DNA of 64,000 nt from Blastocladiella emersonii ATCC 22665 (lineage: Eukaryota; Fungi; Blastocladiomycota): NCBI GenBank assembly GCA_025594325.1, contig JANHCV010000003.1, forward strand, positions 1,922,001-1,986,000. Direction: 5' to 3'. The notes under the pieces were generated by a model. The model ran no database searches, was not told where the DNA came from, and saw only the letters and a program-made list of their open reading frames with translations. A program made the translations under genes and the position numbers. Within the stretch, counting starts at the first letter, position 1; the number at the start of each line of letters is the position of its first letter. Positions 55,181 through 64,000 of the stretch are shown in pieces.

Positions 55181-58100
55181 TCAGCTCATGTGCAAGTCGA
55201 AGCCCTCGGGGAGCACCTCGAGCGCCCACTCGCCCAGGTTGTCGGGGAACGCGGGCAGCGGGACCGCCGCGGGCGTCGCGGCTGACATGGACGGCGGCAC
55301 GTCCTCGCCGCGCTCCGTCTTCTGCGGAGCCGCCGGCATCTCGTTCGGCGCCTGCCCTGCGCCCGCGTCCGCCGCCTGCGGCGCCGCCGCGGGGTCGCGC
55401 GTGAGCACGGGCGAGTCGCTCGGCTCGCTGATACTCCGCCGCTTGAGCTGCGGGTGCTGGCACACGCCGGCCTGCGGCGGTTCCACCGGCGCCGCACTCC
55501 CACCGACCGTGACGACGCGTCCCGCGAGCGGCTGCGTGTTCCCGCGGCACGCGAGGTACGCGTCCGCGAGCGTGTGCATTTCGCGGGCGTACCGGCCGGG
55601 GTCGTGGAGGAGCTCGACGACGGCGGCGGCCTGCTGCGCGTGGCGGCGCGCGTGGTACGCCTCGCTGACCTCGTCCGGGTGGATGTGCGCGGGGAGGTGG
55701 AAGGTGGTCGGGAGGGTGGTGCCCTCGGTGGGCGAGGTCGCGTTGCCGCCGTTTTCGCGCGCGAGGACCGCCTCGATCTCGGCCAGCTGCGAGACGGCCA
55801 TCGAGTACGTGTGGACGGCGAGGGCGGCGTGTGGCGTGAGCCGGGCGAGGACGGCGGGCAGCTCGCGCAGGCAGTCGCGGATCAGGGCCGCGTTCCCGCC
55901 ACCCGCGACGACGACGCGCGCGGCCGCGATTACGGACCCGAGCTGGTGCAGCATCACGGTGAAGAACTGGTGCTGGCGCGGCGAGATGGCGACGAAGATG
56001 TGCACGATCGACTGCACGGCCATCTCGAGGATCGAAATGTACTGCGCGTACAGCGGCGGGAGCCGGATGCGCGCCGCGGCCGACGCCAGCGCCTCGTTGC
56101 CGTTCGCGTCGGACGCGGCCATCGGGGTGTCGCTGCCGTTGGCGGCGGAGGCAGACTCGGTGCTGCTGCGCATGCGCTCGATCAGGTACGGGCGCGCCTT
56201 CATGAGGTCGCCGGCGCGCGCGGACGCCGGGGTGCGTCGCGGGGTGCCGGGGTCGACGCAGACCTGGTTGGTGAGGACGCCGGCGATGACCATGGACACG
56301 AGCGGGCGGTACAGGTAGACGATGCACTGGTAGTACCCCATCATGAGCACGGCCGACTCGAGCGCACGGACCGACGGCTCGACGCCGGGCGCGAACTGGG
56401 CCGGGTTGAACTCGAGGTGCGGCGGGATCGCGGCGCGGAACTCGGTGAGCGCCGCGTGCAGCTCGGGGAGGAGCGTCGAGGGCAGGTGCGAGCGGCGGTA
56501 CCGGAACGAGTTGACGGCGCGCAGGACGCGGCCCGCGATGACCACCCACCGCGCGTAGTGCGGCCAGTAGCTCGATTCGGGCAGCAGCATCGCCTGGTCG
56601 TCCGGGTACCGTGCGCGGTTCTCGGGCGTCGCCGTCAGGTCCGCGAGGTCCAGGTCGCAGTCGTCCTCGTGCAGCTGCACGGGCCGCCCGTTGGCCGCCG
56701 CGCTCAGCCGGTCCAGCGTCACCACGATGCTCCACGTGATGAGCCGCGTTGGGATCCCCGGCGCAACGTGCGCCACGAGCGCGTGGGCGGGTGGGGACCG
56801 GTTGTCGCGGTACGACGGCGAGAACTCGCGCCCGGGCTCGGCCTGCTGCTGCTGCTGCTGCTGCATGGCCGGGTGGGCGAGGTGCGTCGGGGTCGGCGGG
56901 ACCTCCTCCTCGTTGTGCCCGTTGACTGAGCGCGGGGCCTCGATGGGCGAGTCGACCTGGACAGCGCGCGGATCGAGATGGAGGCCGAGCGCAACCGCCA
57001 TCCGCGCCGCCATGCCGTCGAGCAGCCACGTGTTCCCGGCCGCCTGCCCGTTATCGTGGGCGGCGAGCAGGAGGCACGCCTGGACCGACTCGATGCGCCC
57101 GACGGGGGTCTCGAACATGCTGGGCAGCAGGCGCTTGGCGTGGGCGACGAGCAGGCGCGACAGCGGGACGGTCGCGGGCAGGATGTGGTGCTGGCGCTCC
57201 CACTGCAGGGCGGCGAGCGACATGAGCGCGTACAGGAGAAAGTAGGCGTCGTAGGGCGGCTGCGGCGAAGTGCGGTCGAGGATCGGGCGCAGGTACGCCT
57301 CGATGCGCGGGCGGTGCAGCATCGGCAGCCAGTGGTGGATCGTGTTGAAGTACACGTCGACGAGCAGGTGCGCGAGCGGCGCCGGAGGGAACCAGAACCG
57401 GTGCTGCTGGTCGACCTCGATCGCGTGCATGCGCTGCTGGGCGAGCCTACGTAGGGGAATGATGATGAGTTGGCTGAAGGCGATCCGACTTTGACGGAGG
57501 AAAGAGCAACGTACTGCGAGATGAACACGTTGATGCCCTCGACGTCCGAGTTGGCGGGGAGCCCGCGCAGGAGGTGGTAGCCCGACGAGTTGCCGTAGTT
57601 GGAGAAGCCGCGCGCGTTGCCCTCCTCGTCGAGCGTGACCATGAGGGTGAGGTTGGAGGCAATGTCGTCAATGTCCTGCGGCGTCGACTTGTGTGGCGAC
57701 GGGCCGAGACCGGCCTGCATGCCCGTCGCGGGCTGGAACGGGCGCTGCGGCGGCGGTGTCTGGTCGGCATATGCGCGCGACAGGTCGGGCTAGTTACGGG
57801 CGGAGCAGTCAGCGTACAGTTGAGACGGACCAAGACCGATGTGACGTACGGTAGACGGCGCCGTATGCGACGCGCTACTCGCGAGCGAGTCGAGCGACGT
57901 GGTACTCGAGGCCGCCGACGAAGTGCCCGGGACGGCCTTGGGTCCGCGCTTGGCGGGGATGCCGTAGGCGCAGTTGAGGCCAAAGGCGTGGCAGTGCTCG
58001 CACGGGAACCCGCCGCCGCACCGGATCTTGCGCCGGCGGCAGTTGAGGCACGCCTGCGAGACGCGCGCCTTCTTGACGGGCGCGAGGTTGATGGCGACCA

Positions 58101-58766
58101 CGTCGACGGGGTACGGCGGCATGCGGGGCGCGCCGCCGGAGTTGATGAACTGCGCCGGCGCGCCTGGCGAGTGGGGGGAAACGCGTCAGTTGGAGTTGGT
58201 GGGAACGTGTCAATCAAGCGTACCAGGAACCGTGCCATCGATCCGCTGGTACACGATGGGCGCGCTGCCGTTCGGGTTGTACTGGGAGAGCGTCGCGCCC
58301 GCGCTCAGCTGGACGGGGGCGGAGGGCACGATGGGGGTCTGCGGCGGCGCGTACTGCTGCTGAGACGGCTGCTGCTGGTGGTGGTGGTAGACGGACGCGT
58401 CGTCACCGGCGTTATGCGACTCGACGACAGGCAGCGCCGGCGGCTGCGGCTGCGGCGCGCCGGGATGGTGAAGCGGCTGAGGCTGCTGCTGCTGCGACTG
58501 CTGCTGCTGGGCCATGGGGTCGTACTGGCGCGGATCCTGCTGCGACGGCACGGGCGTGTACATGTCGCGGTACTCCTGGTGTTGCTGGTACTGCTGCGGC
58601 TGGCCCATGGGCGCGGGCGCCGGGGCGATCGGAATGGCATGGTGCGGGAGGTGGTGCTGGTGGTACTGCGGCTGCGGCGCCTGCTGTTGCTGAGGATCGA
58701 GGCCCTGCGGCAGCGGCGGCGCCTGGGCATACATGTCCGGGTCGTAGCCGGACGGCGGATGATACA
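55181..58766 (-). CDS. Zn(II)2Cys6 transcription factor with a fungal-specific TF (middle homology) domain
   Basis: ACLNCRRRKIRCGGGFPCEHCHAFGLNC, LVDVYFNTIHHWLPMLHRP, IESVQACLLL and GMAARMAVALGLH. Gln/Pro-rich N-terminus; several introns. Confidence 0.92.
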
Positions 58767-60049
58767 TGGTTCGATGCGGCGAGTGCTACGGGGTTTGGGG
58801 GGGAGAGAGAGAGGGCGGGGAGAGCGTGAGTGCAGGGAAAGCGCGCACCGCGTGCATGGGAGATCCAACGGATTTGAACGGAAGGGCGTGTTCGCGCGCC
58901 GCCGCCCACCCTGCCCTGCCGTGGCCGCAGTCGCAGGCCGCGATGCCGTCGGAAGAAATCGCATCCGGCGCCGCGCAAGGGACGCCGTGGCCCGCGGATG
59001 GCGCCATCCCCGCGTGTGGCGACGGAGACGGGCCGAGCCGTGGGCGTGCGCGGGCCCCAGCGCCTGTGGCCGCCGACCCGTGTGTGCCCGCGTCGGCCCG
59101 AGTTCGCCCGTCCACGCTTGCGCCGCCGCGACCTCGGGCCGGGGACCGCGCGGGCGACGTGGGAGGCGCGACGCGGCAGGGACCATGGGCGCGAGACGAG
59201 GAAGAACAATCGTTACGTACGACGGGAGATCCGGGGACTTGCTGCTGCGTGGCACCAGATGCGGGATGAACTGGTGGTGAGGGACGCGCGTGTGGCGCAG
59301 CGTGCAGAGGTGTGTGATGTCGACCAGCGACCGAGTTTCTCTCTCACGGCGTGCGGGGGTCAAGGAGGAGCTCCGAGCAACCGGCCGCGCGGGACGACGT
59401 AGGTTAAGAACGGCGACAAGAGCTCCAAGGAGTTCACAACAACGCTGAACGTGTCCAAGCGACGGCGCCGCGTTGAACAAGGCCGCGACCGGAAGAACGG
59501 GGTCCCAAACATTTGAGCCGACCTGAGTCGCGTGGCGGCGGCTTGGGCGCCACTTACAGTTCATTGCTCGCCGTGAAAGCGGGGGTGCCGTGAAGAAATA
59601 CTCGCAACGGCGTGTCGGAGCCGCGCGTTCATCGCAGCGTCGAACGTCGCACGTACTGGCGTGGGGTCGGTCGGTGGGCACTGCGAAGGCTCTGCGGCCC
59701 AAATGAGGGCGGGCAACCGTGTTGCATGCCTGAGGGAGACGCTTCGATTGTGAGCGAGCAGGAGCGAGCAGAAGCGAGAAACGCGTCTCCGCTCCGACTG
59801 CGAGACATCACGTTCGCGAAACGTGATTTCGCGACGCGTCTCCTTGCCTCGGGCCGATCGACTCACGGCCGACTCGTCCACTGCGCCGCCCGGTACTGCG
59901 AGTCACTTCCCTGGCATCCCTTGAACCCATTGCACCAAGTCCATGGTCCCTGCCAAGCGAGTGGGCTCTGTTCTTGTGACGCACCGGATCACCGTCGAGT
60001 CAATCGCGGCCGAGATGCCCAAACAAGTGCTCGCTCTCTCAACCCTGCA

Positions 60050-62035
60050 ATGCATCGAATCCTACAAGTACGGCCGCGGCCCCCTCGGCTGATGCTGCCA
60101 TCAACTCGACTCTCGACCACAAAAACCATGTCATCAACACCGAACCGCGACACGGTGCTCGCCGCTACGGCCGCCTGCGCTGCGCTCGTCGGGATCGCTG
60201 CTGTCCTGCCCCGCCGCACCCGCTTGCGAGCCGCGACTGTTGCAGCCGACACCGCGACCGGTCTCCTCGCCGCCCGTCGCGGCCTGCACACCGAGGCTGG
60301 CGGCACTGTGAGCGGCGAGCCGCTGCTCTCCGATCCCGCCGCCCTCGCGCCACCACCACCACCCGTCGCGACCCCCGACCTCGCCGACCCCGCGGGCTGG
60401 CTCCTCGGCGCCTTCGCCGACCAGCTCGCCGCCTCGATCGGCCTCGCGGGCAACCCGATGGTGACGGGGACGATCGCCATGACCGCCGTCGCCGCCGTGC
60501 TCGCAGGCGCGCGGCTGGTGAGCGACGCGGCGCTCGACGTGCTCAGCAAGCGCGTGCTGGCGGTCGCCGAGGTCGACAGCCGCGACGAGGTGTACTCGTG
60601 GATCCTCGAGTGGCTCGCCGTGCACACCGAGTACGGCAAGGACTGCACGCACGTCGCCGTGTCCGCGAAGCCGCGGGTACGGCTCGCCGAGGGCGCGCGC
60701 CGGTACGGCGACGACCCGGAAATGGACGGCACGGTCGTGCGAAAGGACGACGAGTCGCTGCGGCCCGTCTACTACTTCCCCGCCATGGGCCGCCACTTCT
60801 TCTGGCACAAGGGCCGCCTCTTCTGCCTCTCGCGCGACCAGGCCGGCCCGCGCACCGCCAGCGGCAGCGGGCTCGTCCCCGAGACCCTCACCATCACCAC
60901 GTTCGCGACGTCACGTGAGCCGCTCGAGGACCTGCTGCGCGAGGTCCGCAAGGCCGCCGCTGTCCGCGACAACGCCCGCACCGCCATCTACACGGGCGAC
61001 CAGTACGGGTCGTGGCGACGCCTGTACGACCGCCCGTCGCGGCCCATGGAAAGCGTCGTCCTCGACGCGCGCGTCAAGGGCGACCTGGTCGCCGACGCGC
61101 AGGACTTTCTCAAGAGCGAGATGTGGTACGCCGAGGCCGGGCTCCCCTACCGCCGCGGCTACCTTCTATCTGGGCCACCCGGGACCGGCAAGACGAGCCT
61201 CGTCACGGCGCTGGCGGGGCACCTGGAGCTGCCCATCTACATCATCAACCTCGCGTCAACCGTGCTTGACGACTCGAACCTGCTCGAGCTCATGCTCGAG
61301 ACCCCGCCGCGGTGCATCATGCTACTCGAGGACATCCACGCCGTGTTCAAACCGTCGGAATCGGACGTGCCGCTCGCTGCCACCAGTGGTGGTGCGTCGC
61401 CCGTCAAGCCCGACTCGCCGGCCGAGGGCGAGAGCGACGATGAGGGCAGCACGACCGCCGTCGCCACCGGCTCGTCCGCCGAGCCCCCGAGCGGCGGATA
61501 CACGTACACGCACCGGACGCTGCAGTCCAAGGTGTCCTTCTCGACGCTGCTCAACATCCTCGACGGCGTGATCGCGAGCGAGGGCCGCCTGCTCATCATG
61601 ACGTCCAACTCGCCCAGTCTCGACCCGGCGCTCCTGCGCCCGGGCCGCATCGACCGCAAGATCTACCTCGGCAACTGCACGCCGGCCATGGCCGCGGGTC
61701 TGGTCCGCCGGTTCTTCGCGACGCCGCCGACCGACACGGATCCGGCGACCTGGGAGGCGAGCGTGACGGCGGTCGCGCGCGCCATGGCGCAGGCCGTGGC
61801 CGCGGACGCCGAGCATGTCGATCAGGGTGAGGCCGCGTCGCGCCACGAGCTCACGGACCAGGACGCGGCCGACGCGGCCGAGCTCCAGCTCGAGGGCGGC
61901 GCACACGCGCTCCACCGCGAGTCGCGCATGTCGCCCGCGCAGGTCGTCGGGTTCCTCATGCGTTGGCGCGGTGATGCCGCCGGCGCGCTCGCGAACCTCG
62001 GCGAGGTGCACACGTTGAGTCGGCTTATGAAGTAG
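60050..62035 (+). CDS. BCS1: BCS1-like mitochondrial AAA ATPase (intronless)
   Basis: BCS1_N features (DEVYSWILEWL, YYFPAMGRHFFWHKG, ETLTITTF, RPMESVVLD, WYAEAGLPYRRGYLL), Walker A GPPGTGKTS, LLNILDGV and LDPALLRPGRID. Start is either ATG 60050 (Arg/Ser-rich presequence) or ATG 60128. Confidence 0.85.
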   Translation: MHRILQVRPRPPRLMLPSTRLSTTKTMSSTPNRDTVLAATAACAALVGIAAVLPRRTRLRAATVAADTATGLLAARRGLHTEAGGTVSGEPLLSDPAALAPPPPPVATPDLADPAGWLLGAFADQLAASIGLAGNPMVTGTIAMTAVAAVLAGARLVSDAALDVLSKRVLAVAEVDSRDEVYSWILEWLAVHTEYGKDCTHVAVSAKPRVRLAEGARRYGDDPEMDGTVVRKDDESLRPVYYFPAMGRHFFWHKGRLFCLSRDQAGPRTASGSGLVPETLTITTFATSREPLEDLLREVRKAAAVRDNARTAIYTGDQYGSWRRLYDRPSRPMESVVLDARVKGDLVADAQDFLKSEMWYAEAGLPYRRGYLLSGPPGTGKTSLVTALAGHLELPIYIINLASTVLDDSNLLELMLETPPRCIMLLEDIHAVFKPSESDVPLAATSGGASPVKPDSPAEGESDDEGSTTAVATGSSAEPPSGGYTYTHRTLQSKVSFSTLLNILDGVIASEGRLLIMTSNSPSLDPALLRPGRIDRKIYLGNCTPAMAAGLVRRFFATPPTDTDPATWEASVTAVARAMAQAVAADAEHVDQGEAASRHELTDQDAADAAELQLEGGAHALHRESRMSPAQVVGFLMRWRGDAAGALANLGEVHTLSRLMK

Positions 62036-62305
62036 AATACATCACAGTTTAGCACCTTCGACTGCCTTCGTCACTCGACAGCTTGAATGTGGCAAAGTGG
62101 GCGGTGCGAGACAGTGTCATTGACTAGCAATATAATACCCTTTCTTCGAGTGACTGTGTGACCGGCCTCGCTGGCACCCTCGTAGTCGCTGCCTTGAAAC
62201 GTTCTTGAGATAGTTCGAGCTGTGGTCGATGGCAAAACTCACGATCATCTACCGTTGGTCGACGCTTCGTGTGCGAAAATAACAAACGTATATGTACAAG
62301 AGGTG

Positions 62306-62871
62306 TCACTTCGACTGCGGCGGCGCCTGCGCTGTTGCCGCGTTCGCGAGGACGAGGTCGACGCGCGGCTCAAGAAAGTCGAGCGCGAGGTGGACCGCGC
62401 GGCTACGCATGCGCCGTTCGCGTGAGCCATGCACTGTTCCGGTTCAAAGCGCGCAACGTACACGTCCTCGTAGATGGCGACCAGTCGGTCGTTCAACGCG
62501 TTTCCAAGCTCGTCGGCGCGGGCGACCAGTCCAGCTGCCGCTGCGCTTGGCGCTTCCACCCGCTGCACCGTGTCGACGGCGCCGGCATGAACGTGGACGG
62601 CTGTCGCGTGTGCGGTCGCCGAGGCCTACTCATGGCGTCAGCGACGTCCGACCCGCACGGCTGACGATACGTGTACCTCGGCCAACTGCGCAGTCACATC
62701 TCGCACAAGCGCCGCCAACGCACCTGAAGCGCGTTCAAGTGCTGCACTTAGAGTCCGCGCTTCGGTCGCGGCGAGCGCTGCAGCTGCGGCCGAAGCGGTG
62801 CTCGCGACCGACGCCGCGCGCGTGTGATTTGTTGCGCGCGGCGACGTCGGCGTCTGCGGCGTCGAAGACAT
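62306..62871 (-). CDS. BORC subunit 6 (lyspersin/DUF2365)-like coiled-coil protein
   Basis: Three exons splice to MSSTPQTPTSP...LERASGALAALVRDVTAQL...AVD...GLVARADELGNALNDRLVAIYEDVRAVHLALDFLE, matching the recalled BORCS6 pattern L+AR.EEL...+..+...+R.+...LD.LE. Confidence 0.55.
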
Positions 62872-63725
62872 AACAGGAGCAGGGACGGGTTGCACCGACT
62901 CGGTGTACCACGCGGGGTTCATTCGCTACGTTCCTTCAGGTTAACAGAGAGCGCGGGCTAGACGCGTCGTGTGAGCCAGCCACCTCACGCGGCGTGCCGG
63001 CTCGCGTGCCCCCTTCCGTCGTGATCCAGTCGCTGATCGTCTTGTCCAGCGCCGCGGCTTCGACGAGACCTCTAAGACGGCGCTACGGCGAGTCTTTCTG
63101 CTGTGGCGAGTGAGGACGTTTGGGCAGGGCCCACGCCCTGATCGGCGAGTGATGCCACCGTGCTTGTATGCGAGAGCGCTCCCAAGCAGGACCCTGACGC
63201 CGCGGTGACGCTGAAAGGGCGAGGATTTGCACCACGGGAGCGCTTTTCACAGGCCGAGGCAGGGCAGTTCCCGTCGTCCCGGGTGGCGATGCACAGCTGG
63301 CCCCGCTCTGTTGTTCTTCCGGGCATCCAGGGGGTTGCGGGCGATGGTCCACGCGGCCCCAGTCCGCGACTGTGACGTGATGTGGCCGAGCCGGACCTGA
63401 AGTCGCGGCGCTCATCGCGCATCGCGGCGCCACCCGGGGCTTGCGCCCCCCCGACCTGCAGCCTGCTTGCGCTCCCGACTCTCGCTCTCCGGCACCGACA
63501 ACAAACAGAGTCGACCGACCAACTTGCTGCACTGCGAGGCACCCGCGAGACACACGCGCGCACCTTGCACTGTTGCGACCGTGGCATCAACAACGACACT
63601 CGAGGTATGCCGCTTCGGGCGCTCCTGTCGTATCGCAGCGAGGGCTCTCGACTGACCCGGGCGCCGGCGCAAGTACTAGACATACCCTCCCTACTACAGA
63701 CGACTAGACGACGACGACGGACACG

Positions 63726-64000
63726 ATGCTCGGCCAGTACGACATCGTTTACGCCATCCACGACTTCAAGGTGCGCTCCTCGCTATCGATGCGTGACTCA
63801 CAGAGCACTGACGCCCTCTCCAACAACTAGGCCGAGGACGAGGATGAGGTGAGCTTCAAGGCCGGCGAGGAAATCATTGTCCTCGAGCGCGACGCCGAGT
63901 TCAATGACGGCTGGTGGATGGTACGCCCTCTCATGCTTCCCTAACTTGTCAGAGCTCCATTAACCACATTCATGGTGTGTGTAGGGCCGCACGCAGGACG
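63726..64000 (+). CDS. N-terminal SH3-domain protein (Boi1/Boi2-like), truncated by the right edge
   Basis: Spliced VYAIHDFK|AEDEDEVSFKAGEEIIVLERDAEFNDGWWM|GRTQD is a canonical SH3 domain. A candidate 5'UTR intron starts at 63605. Confidence 0.8.

Noticed and set aside
57455-57485. ATGATGA...CTGA resembling C/D snoRNA boxes
   Set aside because: The boxes are only about 10 nt apart and lie antisense to the host intron; too short for a snoRNA.
59612-60049. 146-aa N-terminal extension of the BCS1 ORF
   Set aside because: It begins at a non-ATG codon, lacks codon bias and lies in the promoter region shared with the Zn2Cys6 gene.
1-64000. tRNA, rRNA, spliceosomal snRNA or selenoprotein (in-frame TGA) genes
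   Set aside because: No cloverleaf with a T-loop consensus, no rRNA or snRNA signature, and the apparent in-frame TGAs fall within predicted introns (often the CTGAC branch point). A tRNAscan or Infernal run would be needed to exclude them fully.

Overview
GC-rich (about 65-70% in coding DNA, estimated by eye), compact eukaryotic genomic DNA with short GT-AG introns, mostly 55-80 nt, many carrying a CTRAC-type branch point. A Zn(II)2Cys6 transcription factor occurs together with a class C GPCR-like receptor, a BORCS6-like gene and a TmcB-like gene. That mix points to an early-diverging (zoosporic) fungus, plausibly Blastocladiomycota or Allomyces-like; this is inference only. About 22 well-supported protein-coding genes: NAA35/MAK10 (truncated by the left edge), NDC1, a low-complexity protein with an unusual HTH-like domain, a periplasmic-binding-domain/class C 7TM/PH receptor, two paralogous intronless class V aminotransferases (cysteine desulfurase-like), a Myb/SANT-like protein, a CTL/Pns1 transporter, RPA2, SNU114, a SPRY membrane protein, an orphan, a Gln/Ser repeat protein, a TmcB-like membrane protein, IleRS, CCT8, SAC1, XLF/NEJ1, a Zn2Cys6 factor, a BCS1-like AAA ATPase, a BORCS6-like gene and an SH3 protein (truncated by the right edge). 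Lower-GC accessory islands at about 14.9-16.3, 28.4-31.2 and 48.0-50.8 kb hold degenerate ORFs. No tRNA, rRNA, CRISPR array or intact mobile element was seen. Top leads: (1) a bacterial/phage-like HTH domain embedded in a fungal-style low-complexity protein; (2) a QSQSQ beta-solenoid or amyloid-like protein; (3) the PBP-7TM-PH receptor; (4) a composite ATCACGTG + GCGAGACA intergenic element found four times; (5) a 102-bp identical tract between the two aminotransferase paralogs. All family assignments come from motif recognition by eye, not database searches.
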